Virus record (IMG/VR): IMGVR_UViG_3300044825_000404 | Coordinates: 1-52,032 of that record | Length of the DNA: 52,032 nucleotides | Strand: one strand, 5' to 3' | Origin: a virus | Taxonomy: Duplodnaviria > Caudoviricetes | Part shown: in pieces, positions 23,538-32,793 of the stretch | Numbering within the stretch: the first letter of the stretch is position 1 | How the letters are laid out: the number at the start of each line of letters is the position of its first letter | The notes under the pieces: generated by a model | The model's database searches: none | The model's input: only the letters and a program-made list of their open reading frames with translations | Told to the model about the DNA's origin: nothing | Translations under genes and position numbers: made by a program

Positions 23538-26500
23538 TTACCGCTTCGATTTTAGATAGTCAAGCGGAGATTTCAAAGCGGGTGGCGGAAGATCTTTTGG
23601 CCCCTTTGACCGCGCCCGATGCCGGATGTTGTGCATCATCTCGTACAACTTGTCGGTTCCGGCCTTGGTAGAACCGTTCCCGAGGGCGGAAACCACATCC
23701 GCCGGGAAGACAAACTCCCCGTCAGCAAGCCATGCCGGAATGTCGTCGGACTGGCCATCACCCTCCCCGGCAACGTGCTTCCCATCCTTGAAATCCTCGC
23801 GTCCGCCCTTGTGGGTGGGGAGGCCGCCAGACTTGGCCATCAAGGGCATGGGCATCCCGCCTTCCTTGGCCATCAGGGGCATCACATACCCGCCCTTTGC
23901 ATATCCCACAGGCTCTTCAACCTTTGGAGCCTCCGGAATGTTGAGGATCTTGTCGATCGGCTCTTCTTCCCCGTAGGAGTAGTAGGGTTCCGGAGCAGGG
24001 GTCTGTTGAGCCTGGGGCACACCCATGCGCTCGGCCAGGATGGCCGCCAGACGAGGATCAATGTTCTGCATCATTTCTTGTCTACCTACTTGCTCTTGAG
24101 CCTGTCGAAGTTGGGCCAGAGGGTCGATGTACTGTTGAGTGACTCGGGACGGCAACATCTGCGGGGGCAGGCGGCCATACTCCCCAGAGGTTCCTTCTAG
24201 GACGAAAGAAGGCAGTCCAGTCTGAACCGGGAAGTTCAAAGTGGGCTGACGAGTTGTAGCGGGCTGTTGAGGAGTCGGCTCACTCGTCAGTTGGCTTGTC
24301 AGTTGACTTGTGTCTTGTCCTGCTGAGGTAACTGCTTGAGTAGCAATCACCAACGCTTCATCTGGGTTCACACCCAACTTCGTGACCGTATTGACAACCG
24401 CATCAATGGCCGTCGTGGCGGGAGCGCCAGAGTTCACGGCAGAAGTCACGGCATTAGAAATGGCCGTGTTGACCGCCGTGGCCACATCCGTGCCCGTACT
24501 GACCGCCGTATCCACAGCAGTGGAAACCGCTGACTCGACTGCGCTAGAAGTTACCTGCTGAACGTCCGCTCCAGTTTCTACCGCCGTAGAAATTGCAGAC
24601 GAAACTGCGGTGGTGACCGCCGTATTGAGTGCTGTCTGCGTATCCGTCCCAGTGCTAACCGCAGTATCAACAGCAGTAGAGATTGCAGTGCTAACAGCGT
24701 TGCTCGTGGAAATGTTGACATCAGCCCCAGTTTGCGCCGCCGTAGAAACCGCAGAAGACACCGCGCTTGAAACCGCCGTGTTCACCGCGGTATCGGTGCT
24801 GACGCCCTGACTGACAGCGGCTTCCACTGCAGAGGTCACCGCAGAGTTCACCGCGGTAGAGACGGATGTGGCCGTATCGACACCAGTCGTCACAGACGCA
24901 ACCACTGCACCACTGACCGCAGAATCAACCGCCGTAGACACAGCAGTAGACACATTCGTGCCGGTGCTCACGGCAGTAGAAACGGCTGTGCTGACCGCAG
25001 AACTGACCGCGCTACTTACCGCAGTGCTGACATCCGTGTTCGTCGCCGTAGCGGCAGCCACCGCAGAATTAACTGCGCTGCTGACAGACGAGTCGATCGC
25101 CGTGCTGACATCAGTACCGGTATTGACGGCCGCAGCGATGGAGTTGTTGACCGCAGAAGAAACCGCTGAAGTCACCGCAGTGCTGACATTTGTTCCCGTG
25201 TTGGAGGCGGAGACAACAGCAGAGGAGACGGCAGAGTCAACCGCCGATGTCACGGCAGAACCAACCTCTACACCCGAGGCAATAGCCCCAGTCACCGCAC
25301 TCGTCACAGCGCCGGAGACTGACTTATCAATCACCGATCCGGGATCAGCCCCCGTGTTGACGGCAGTAGAAACGGCGTTGGAGACTGAGTTGCTGACCGC
25401 AGTAGAGACATCCGCGCCAGAGTTCACCGCCGCATTAACGGCACTGGTCGTGGCACTCTCTACAGCCGCAACAACATCCGTCCCGGTTTGAACTGCGTTG
25501 TTGACCGCAGCAGAAACTGCCGTTGAGACAACCTGACCTACATCTGTCCCTGTGGACAAGGCTGTGGAGATGTCCGTCTCAAGGTTCGCCAGATTTGGGA
25601 ACTGAGCCTCAAAGAACATCTGCTCAAGGTTCTTCTGCTCCTGAGTTTTTTCAGCGGTGGCGGTCTGTTGAATCGGCTGCTCCTGCGCCATAACGCTAGG
25701 CGCGGGCTCAATAGATACCGGGCTTGGGGCTAACACAGGTTCAGCCACAGGCTCCGGCACAGGGGCTGGCACAGGGGCTGGCGCAGGAGAAGGAGCAGTA
25801 GAAGCAGCGGGAGCAGGAGAAGGAGCGGGGGCGGCCTCAACTGGAGGGGCGAATGTTTGCTCAGGCGCCGGTGCGCGGAACTCAGACTCCGCCTGGACAA
25901 TTTGATTGACGATGCCAACCGCTTCAGGGATCGACAGCCCTGCATCAATAGCGGCATCTGTCGCGGCGTTGGCCACAGTCAAAATATCAGCACCCGCACT
26001 AGAAGCCGCAGCGACGGCAGATGTCACGGCATCCACAATCGAACTGGTCGTGTCTGCGCCAGACAACACAGCCGACCCAACCGCCGCGCTCACAGCCGAG
26101 TTCACCGCCGTAGAAACATCAGAACCTGCGCTGATGGCACTGCTTACGGCGCTGTTGACAGAACTCGTGATTGCATCAGCGACACTTGCTCCGGTATCAA
26201 CAACACTGGATACAGCACTGTTGACCGCGCTAGTCACTGCGCTTTGAACATCCACACCAGAACTGACTGCGGATGCAACCGCAGAACTTACCGCAGAGTT
26301 GATGGCCGACCCGGCGTTAGATCCTGAATCAATCGCACTGGTCACGGCACTTGAAACTGCGCCACCAATGGCTGCAGATGGTTCAGCGCCAGAAACTATG
26401 GCCGAATTTACTGCGCTATTGACAATACTTCCGACAACCGAGGTCGCAGACTCTCCGGACTGCACAGCGGTCGAAACCGCATCAGAAACAGAGGAGGAGA

Positions 26501-29500
26501 TGGTGTTGCCAACATCCGCTCCTGAAGAGATGCCAGAACTGATTGAAGAGGCAACATTTGAAGCAACGCTTTCAACAGTAGAACCGGTTGCAGCCTGCTC
26601 TGTAAAGCCCAGTTCTCGATAGGTTGTCGGTACGCCCTTCTCATCAAAGAACGCCACCATGTCGGGCGTTGCGCCAGGAGGCAGAGAAGTCGGCCGCTCG
26701 CTTACTTGCGCCCGATCGCCAACGATCTCAGAGATCCGCTCCTCCTTGGCGATCTGACGATCAAGGTCCGTTTCGGTGGCGACCTTCTCGGCGGCAGGAG
26801 TAAATCCAATCTGCCCCGCAGAGCCGGTGATGAGTTCAGGACCGACCGCCTGAACATCCACAGTTGAGGGCTGATAAGTGATGGCCGTTGGGCCACCCTC
26901 AAAAGTCATCTGCGTGGGAGTGCTACGACCCAGGAAGATCAGGTCAGCAAAGTCTCCGCTCTCATTTGTCTTGGTCTGCTGAATAGCATCAGAGAGTCGC
27001 GCATCAGTGGTAGCCGCATCCACCATGGCCGTAAGCGCACCACTTGCGATGGTCGCTTCTGCAAGCGTTCGCGGCAGGCCCTCATCCCAGTTCTTGTTCA
27101 GCGCCAGATTGCTGATGATCTTCGCGCTGCCTTCTTCAGCGTTCTCACTGGCAACCTCGCCCAGGTAGCGGGTGAGGATGCCCTTACCCTTGGTCTCCAG
27201 GAAGTCTTTGGATGCCTGACCGAGCAGGGCAACAGCGTTGCCTGTAGAGCCACCGGCAATCTTGGCTTCAACCGACAGAGCGCCAGGAATGAGTCGTTGA
27301 GCCGCAGCAGAGGCAAGGCCGGAAAGACTGGCAACAGAGCGCCCAATCTTCAGCACCTCCTCGTTGCTTAGGCCCATCCGCATGGCCTCGTCCATCGTGC
27401 TTGCCGCAGTCTGGGCGCCATGGACGCCCGCGTTGGTCAGGATGGCCGCAGCCTCCCGAGCAAGCATTCCACCCCCAATCATCCTTGCGCTTGCCATGGC
27501 ACCACCACCGGCCAGGACTGTCGGAGAGGTCTCAGCAAGGAAGCCCGCCGCCTGCATCGGGTTGACACCGTACTGGTACAGAGTCGTGAAGAACCCACCA
27601 CCCGCAGCACGGATGGCAAGGTTCATGTCATCACGGTTCTGCTTGTAGACATCCGACAGAGACCTGTCGAGTTCATTGGCGTATGAAGCAAACCCTGCGC
27701 TGATGTCGCCCTGCTCACCTCGAACCAGATCAGCAATAGTGAACGGGGCGGCAGCCACAGAAGCCGCGCCCTTGACTGCTTGCTTCAGGACATCAGACCC
27801 AATCTGGGCAACCTCTGCAGGTTGCGTCCTACCACCCATGGCCTGCCACTCTTCAAAGGTTGGAGGCGCAATTTTGTTGCCCGCGGAGTCGGTCGGGACA
27901 AACTTGTCGATGTAGTCCAGATAGCGATCCATGTCGTTGAATCGCTTGCCCGTGGCCACAAAGGTCTGATCAGGCTTCGGAGGCGCTACCTTCTCAACCT
28001 CCTGAACTGTTGGCACACCACCCTCACCGGTGACCATCTGTTGAGCGGCCGCCGTGTAGTCGATTGCGGGCTCAGATGGCTGAACAGGTGGCTTGGTCGC
28101 CGTCTTGTCGGGCGTGAATCCCGTCGTAAGAGAGTCAACCGGAGCGCCCTCCATGCCCGTAGCGGCAGCAGAAAAGTCTGTCTGCGCCGTCTCAATCGGA
28201 GCAGTTTCTCCACGAAGAGGAACATTCTTCAGATAGGCAGTTGCCTCTCTGGTGTCAGGAACAACCGCGCCACGCCCAGAACCTGCTGCTGCAGCAGGCT
28301 CAGAGATCGTGATCTTGGGAATGCCCATCTGCAAGATGGGAATGCCGGTTGCTCTCGCGGTTGCAACGTCAATGGCATCAGGGATCCGATACTCCTTGCC
28401 CTGATACATGAAGGTGCCGGTCAATCCATCATTGAACGCCTTCATGCCCGCCTGATCAATACTTCCGGCGCTGCTGTAATCAGGTAGAGAAGCGACGCGT
28501 TGCTGCTCCATGTAAGCCTTATTGGCCTGCGATAGTTCGTCTTCCCCAGTGCGAGAGACGACATAGATGTTTCCAGAACGAGCCGGGAACTCAAAAGTTC
28601 CATAGCCGCGAGATGAGGCAAGAGCACTTGCTTCATCAAGCGTTTTGACATCCATGCTCGGATCAATCTGAAGAGCCTGATCTCGGCGGATGGACTCTGT
28701 TACATCCTTCTCAGTAGGAAGAGCGCCTTGAGGGAAGGCTTGACCTGCCTTTTGGCCCTCTGCGATCAGTTCTCTAGTTGGAGCCTGAGACGCATAGTCA
28801 ACGGCATTAAACAGATCAATCGCCGCGCCGATGAGTTGCGACGGATCCGCACCAGATCGAACCAAATTCAGCATCACCGCAGACTTGGCGGCGATCGAAG
28901 CATTCGGAGAGTCAGCCAACTGGCCAACAGCGTTGATGATGCTGTTGACGTTTGGCTTACTAGAGAACACTTCAGCAGCAAGATTGGCTGCGCCCTGGAT
29001 CTGATTCGGCGTGAAGCCAAGGTTCTTCAGGCCAGTCTGAGCGCCCGCACTAAGACCACCGACAAGAGCACCAACCCCCAGGCCACTCGTGTCTCCAGTT
29101 GCGATGGCTGATGGAATAGCCCCAATGAGTCCTTTCGTCGCTCCGCCCAGAATTTCGCCCGTAAGTCCAGGTCCAACCGCGGTCTGCACAGCGCCACTGG
29201 CTTGGGAAGCCAACTGGCCCGCTCCACCGCCTAGACCGCCAACAACAATCGACTTCAGGAGATCAGAGCCTGATGCGCCAGACGCAACACCACCAAGACC
29301 GCCAAGAACAGCGCCCCCGGCGATGGATCCTCCCATGCCAGTACCAAAGCCAAGAGCCTCGCCAATACCTGGGGCTCCCATGGTCGCACCAATAAAAGCC
29401 GCCGCGAGTCCAACCGGCTTCCGCCAATCTTCAGACTCGTCATACTTGTCAATGCCAAGAATTGTTCCGTTGGCATCCAAATTGATGATGTAGCCGCTAT

Positions 29501-32500
29501 CACCGCCAGTCTTGAGGTTCAGAGACTGACCAGTGATGTTGCCATTTGTGTCCGTGCTGACGGTCTGCTCAAATGCGGTGCCCGCAGGAGCAAAAGATGA
29601 GTCCGTATTGGTCTTGCCGGTTGTTCCGGCAATCTGATAGCCCTGAACACCTCCGAACGGGTCGCCTAATGCGATGATTGAATACTTGCCGAATTGCTGA
29701 GGAACCGCTTGTGGGCCCGCCTCTCCCGCATCCATGAATGCGTTCTGGCCGGTAATGCTTGACTTTGCGAAGTTGATGGCGTCTTGCAAAGAGAGAGTCG
29801 GAGCGCCCTGGCGATCCTCTCGCGCACCATAGTTGACGTAGTGCCTCTTCGCTTCGGCCTCTGTATCAATGCCCGCCTGTCCCAAATCGGGGTTCAGACG
29901 GACATATTCCTTCCAGTCAAATCCAGGTGGGACGGCTGAGAAGTTTTCCTCGCGGAACCCTGATTCTCCTGTGTACGGGTCGGAGAAGAATGGGCGCAAA
30001 TCTTGGCCCCAGTCATCAACCCCTTGAGCAGGAGCAGGAGCAGGAGCGGGAGCAGGTGCGGGGGCAGGTGCGGGGGCAGAGGTCTGTAGGCCATACTGCC
30101 TCATCAAGCCGCGAACGGTTGTCTCTGGAACTCTGAAGGTTTCAGCAGTAAGAGCAACCGCCTGATCAACCGGCATCCCTTCTGAGACCCAAGACTGCAA
30201 GAGGTCAAAAGCCTCCGACTCTGAGCCCTGAAGAGAAAACTGAGGCGTAGACCCTTGGGCGGCATCCAGAGCGCCTGTCGTCGTAACTTGGCCAGAGGTG
30301 TCTGCGGCTTGATCTACATCTGTAGAGGTCAACCCTGCGGCAGTAAGCGCCCCCGTGGTTTGGGCATCCTCAAGAGACTGATCAACTTCTGTAGCCTGAC
30401 CAGTTAGGTCGCCAGTGTCGATGAAGGCGCCGCCAGTAACAACATTGCCGCCTCCAGGAAGAGCGCCAGTAGTGACTCCGCCGGTCTCCCCGATGGTGGA
30501 GCCGGTCCCTCCAACGGTGCGCTTCTCTGGTTGGTTGTAGTCGTTACCAAGAACAGCCCACTCAGATGAAGGATCAAAGAGGCTCTTCGCCGCATCCGAA
30601 CCTTCCGGCTCCCAATCTTCAAGACCAAAGTTTACAAACTCACTTACGCCCGGAAGCGACATGAGTCTTTGGTTGTAAGCATTAGCGGCTTCTTCTTCGC
30701 CCTTCCTAGCAAACCCTTGTGTGACTATTTTTAGTTCTTTGCCAAGCGCGTTTACCTGAGCCGCAAAGTTCTTAGTCCAATCATAAAGTTGGTCTGCCGG
30801 AACACCCCATCCCAGATACGGATCAAGCGCAACAAAGTCAGCATTTGAATTTCTGATCTCATCAAGCAACTGCTGATCTGTTGCTTTGCCTTGGAATACA
30901 GGGTAAGGCGAAATAACAACACCCGCCCTTTGGCCCTTGGATTGCGTATCTTTAACCTTCTTGACTAGGTCTGAGCCTACAGGGCTATGAGGGTTCCAAA
31001 ACAACTCGTCAGAGATAACAACTTCATTCCCGCGCTGAAAAATTGCATCAGGAGACTTAATTGATTTGCTCGTTGGATCTTTTGTGGCATTTGATCCCGT
31101 AACCCAACTATTTGCATCTCCAAAGTTTGATAGCAAAGGCCCAGAGCCCGTCTTGTTAAAGAAGTCAGTAACTGTAAAGTTAGTCCCAAGAGCGCGGTTC
31201 CACAAGTTGACCGCATCCTGCGGCCTCATTCCTTGTTGAACAACCCAATCAAGCCCACGCTGCGTTGCCACCGCATCGTTTGCGCCGCCTTGATAGATGT
31301 ATTGCTTGAACCATTCCGGCGAACCGGCCACCGGAGTAGAAGCCGCTTGAGAAAGCGCAGAGCCAGTAATACCTGTCTGACCTGCGGCGCTCTCGGTGCT
31401 AGAAACATCTCTGCGCTGATTGTCTGCAACAGTGAGACCAGAATCCTTCTTGGCTAGAGTCGTTTGACTCAAGGTCTGGCCGATCTTGTCAGCCATCAGG
31501 CGACCAAATTCAGCGTTTTGATGCACCCCGTCAAGCAGGGAGCCTGCAGGGATCCCAACGCTACGAACATCAACAAATGGCAGGTTGTACTTCTGCGCCA
31601 GTTGCTGAATGCCTGCGTTGATCTGATCGGCAACCGTCGCGCTCTCACGGGTCAAATACCCGGCGATGTTGCCGCCGATGGAGTCCGCACCACCAAAGAA
31701 CGGAGACACCCCAACAAGAACAGGCGTTGATCCGTTGCGTTGAGCAATCTGGATCATCTGCTCAATGTTGCTCAGGGACTTGTTGGCATCCCCAAGTTTG
31801 ATGGCGTCTGCCGCTCCATAACGAAGCACAACCTGATCAGGTCGATTGGTTGAGATGTAGTTCTCAAAACTGCCGTAGTCTGTGTTCCCGGTCAGGGCAT
31901 CTTGAGAAGTCTGCCCGCCAGTAGCGACGTTGTTGACAACACCGCCCGTGTAGTCGGACAGAACACCTTCAAGAGAGTTGCCGCGAGAAGTATCCGCGCT
32001 ACCGTCCATGCGGTAGCCCAATACAGAACTGATGGAGTCGCCAAAGACGGTTGTCTTGAATGGCGAAGTTTCTCCAGATGCCCGGTAGTAGTCGTTGACA
32101 TTGAATTGCGTCCCCAGAGCCCGATTGAACTCGGTGACCGCCTGCATGGGGGTCCAACCCTTCTGCTTGGCATATTCAATAGCCCGTTGAGTAGCGGTGG
32201 CGTCATTTGCGCCACCCGCATACATATACTGCTTGAACCACTCAGGGGTGCCTTCCGTGGGCCCACTAGGTGCAGCCATCTGCGTTACGCTGCCCAAAGC
32301 ACCAATGTTTTCATTTGGAAGACCGATTGCATCTTCCATGAAGGACGGCACAGAACTGACATTGATGGGAGGCTGAATGTTTGCAGTCACCCCTCTCGCA
32401 GCAGGCAAACCTCCGACGCTTGTCAGCGCAGATGTGCTCAATCCCGAAAGATCTTGTCCGATGTCAATCGAATCATCCTCCGGTATGTCCAGAGGAGACT

Positions 32501-32546
32501 GATAGCCGTCCATGCGGTCTTCGTATTGATTGATGGGCAGTGCCAT
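23538..32546 (-). CDS. Giant (3002 aa) internal virion protein with an SGNH hydrolase, a putative glycan-related domain and V/S/A/T repeats
   Basis: FGDSIS/GGQTS/YGAAD/DGVH SGNH blocks; FDWKEYVRLNPDL module; C-terminal GDGQSDDIPAWLADGEFVFPADVVSALGNGS domain. Confidence 0.75.
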   Translation of the reverse strand: MALPINQYEDRMDGYQSPLDIPEDDSIDIGQDLSGLSTSALTSVGGLPAARGVTANIQPPINVSSVPSFMEDAIGLPNENIGALGSVTQMAAPSGPTEGTPEWFKQYMYAGGANDATATQRAIEYAKQKGWTPMQAVTEFNRALGTQFNVNDYYRASGETSPFKTTVFGDSISSVLGYRMDGSADTSRGNSLEGVLSDYTGGVVNNVATGGQTSQDALTGNTDYGSFENYISTNRPDQVVLRYGAADAIKLGDANKSLSNIEQMIQIAQRNGSTPVLVGVSPFFGGADSIGGNIAGYLTRESATVADQINAGIQQLAQKYNLPFVDVRSVGIPAGSLLDGVHQNAEFGRLMADKIGQTLSQTTLAKKDSGLTVADNQRRDVSSTESAAGQTGITGSALSQAASTPVAGSPEWFKQYIYQGGANDAVATQRGLDWVVQQGMRPQDAVNLWNRALGTNFTVTDFFNKTGSGPLLSNFGDANSWVTGSNATKDPTSKSIKSPDAIFQRGNEVVISDELFWNPHSPVGSDLVKKVKDTQSKGQRAGVVISPYPVFQGKATDQQLLDEIRNSNADFVALDPYLGWGVPADQLYDWTKNFAAQVNALGKELKIVTQGFARKGEEEAANAYNQRLMSLPGVSEFVNFGLEDWEPEGSDAAKSLFDPSSEWAVLGNDYNQPEKRTVGGTGSTIGETGGVTTGALPGGGNVVTGGAFIDTGDLTGQATEVDQSLEDAQTTGALTAAGLTSTDVDQAADTSGQVTTTGALDAAQGSTPQFSLQGSESEAFDLLQSWVSEGMPVDQAVALTAETFRVPETTVRGLMRQYGLQTSAPAPAPAPAPAPAPAPAQGVDDWGQDLRPFFSDPYTGESGFREENFSAVPPGFDWKEYVRLNPDLGQAGIDTEAEAKRHYVNYGAREDRQGAPTLSLQDAINFAKSSITGQNAFMDAGEAGPQAVPQQFGKYSIIALGDPFGGVQGYQIAGTTGKTNTDSSFAPAGTAFEQTVSTDTNGNITGQSLNLKTGGDSGYIINLDANGTILGIDKYDESEDWRKPVGLAAAFIGATMGAPGIGEALGFGTGMGGSIAGGAVLGGLGGVASGASGSDLLKSIVVGGLGGGAGQLASQASGAVQTAVGPGLTGEILGGATKGLIGAIPSAIATGDTSGLGVGALVGGLSAGAQTGLKNLGFTPNQIQGAANLAAEVFSSKPNVNSIINAVGQLADSPNASIAAKSAVMLNLVRSGADPSQLIGAAIDLFNAVDYASQAPTRELIAEGQKAGQAFPQGALPTEKDVTESIRRDQALQIDPSMDVKTLDEASALASSRGYGTFEFPARSGNIYVVSRTGEDELSQANKAYMEQQRVASLPDYSSAGSIDQAGMKAFNDGLTGTFMYQGKEYRIPDAIDVATARATGIPILQMGIPKITISEPAAAAGSGRGAVVPDTREATAYLKNVPLRGETAPIETAQTDFSAAATGMEGAPVDSLTTGFTPDKTATKPPVQPSEPAIDYTAAAQQMVTGEGGVPTVQEVEKVAPPKPDQTFVATGKRFNDMDRYLDYIDKFVPTDSAGNKIAPPTFEEWQAMGGRTQPAEVAQIGSDVLKQAVKGAASVAAAPFTIADLVRGEQGDISAGFASYANELDRSLSDVYKQNRDDMNLAIRAAGGGFFTTLYQYGVNPMQAAGFLAETSPTVLAGGGAMASARMIGGGMLAREAAAILTNAGVHGAQTAASTMDEAMRMGLSNEEVLKIGRSVASLSGLASAAAQRLIPGALSVEAKIAGGSTGNAVALLGQASKDFLETKGKGILTRYLGEVASENAEEGSAKIISNLALNKNWDEGLPRTLAEATIASGALTAMVDAATTDARLSDAIQQTKTNESGDFADLIFLGRSTPTQMTFEGGPTAITYQPSTVDVQAVGPELITGSAGQIGFTPAAEKVATETDLDRQIAKEERISEIVGDRAQVSERPTSLPPGATPDMVAFFDEKGVPTTYRELGFTEQAATGSTVESVASNVASSISSGISSGADVGNTISSSVSDAVSTAVQSGESATSVVGSIVNSAVNSAIVSGAEPSAAIGGAVSSAVTSAIDSGSNAGSAINSAVSSAVASAVSSGVDVQSAVTSAVNSAVSSVVDTGASVADAITSSVNSAVSSAISAGSDVSTAVNSAVSAAVGSAVLSGADTTSSIVDAVTSAVAAASSAGADILTVANAATDAAIDAGLSIPEAVGIVNQIVQAESEFRAPAPEQTFAPPVEAAPAPSPAPAASTAPSPAPAPVPAPVPEPVAEPVLAPSPVSIEPAPSVMAQEQPIQQTATAEKTQEQKNLEQMFFEAQFPNLANLETDISTALSTGTDVGQVVSTAVSAAVNNAVQTGTDVVAAVESATTSAVNAAVNSGADVSTAVSNSVSNAVSTAVNTGADPGSVIDKSVSGAVTSAVTGAIASGVEVGSAVTSAVDSAVSSAVVSASNTGTNVSTAVTSAVSSAVNNSIAAAVNTGTDVSTAIDSSVSSAVNSAVAAATATNTDVSTAVSSAVSSAVSTAVSTAVSTGTNVSTAVSTAVDSAVSGAVVASVTTGVDTATSVSTAVNSAVTSAVEAAVSQGVSTDTAVNTAVSSAVSSAVSTAAQTGADVNISTSNAVSTAISTAVDTAVSTGTDTQTALNTAVTTAVSSAISTAVETGADVQQVTSSAVESAVSTAVDTAVSTGTDVATAVNTAISNAVTSAVNSGAPATTAIDAVVNTVTKLGVNPDEALVIATQAVTSAGQDTSQLTSQLTSEPTPQQPATTRQPTLNFPVQTGLPSFVLEGTSGEYGRLPPQMLPSRVTQQYIDPLAQLRQAQEQVGRQEMMQNIDPRLAAILAERMGVPQAQQTPAPEPYYSYGEEEPIDKILNIPEAPKVEEPVGYAKGGYVMPLMAKEGGMPMPLMAKSGGLPTHKGGREDFKDGKHVAGEGDGQSDDIPAWLADGEFVFPADVVSALGNGSTKAGTDKLYEMMHNIRHRARSKGPKDLPPPALKSPLDYLKSKR
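24330..26590 (-). repeat. Two blocks of degenerate ~19-23-aa coding repeats (G-T/A-D-V-S-T-A-V-x-S-A-V-S-x-A-V) split by a Pro/Ala linker
   Basis: Visible in the translation of 23538..32546. Confidence 0.8.
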
Positions 32547-32547
32547 A

Positions 32548-32793
32548 TCAAGTTCCCGGATTGATAGCGCCGACTAGGGCCTGAGCCCACTCTTGCCAGT
32601 CGTCAAAGTTGTAGGGGCTTGGAACACCTTGGTTGGTGAAGACATCAATGGCCATCAGGCCCGCCCCCCAAGACTTCCAGTCCACCGTCGGGCCTGGAAT
32701 CTGAAGTTGCTGCTCTGCGTACAACTCGCACATCAGAGACGCCCATGACTCAAAGTCGTGATACCTCGGGTCATAGATCAGCCCGATGCTCAT
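32548..32793 (-). CDS. Small conserved virion-module protein
   Basis: YDPRYHDFESWASLMCE...FDDWQEWAQAL; coupled to both neighbours. Confidence 0.75.
   Translation of the reverse strand: MSIGLIYDPRYHDFESWASLMCELYAEQQLQIPGPTVDWKSWGAGLMAIDVFTNQGVPSPYNFDDWQEWAQALVGAINPGT

Noticed and set aside
30025-30080. GCAGGA-type hexamer repeat as a contingency locus
   Set aside because: In-frame (PA)n linker with synonymous variation.
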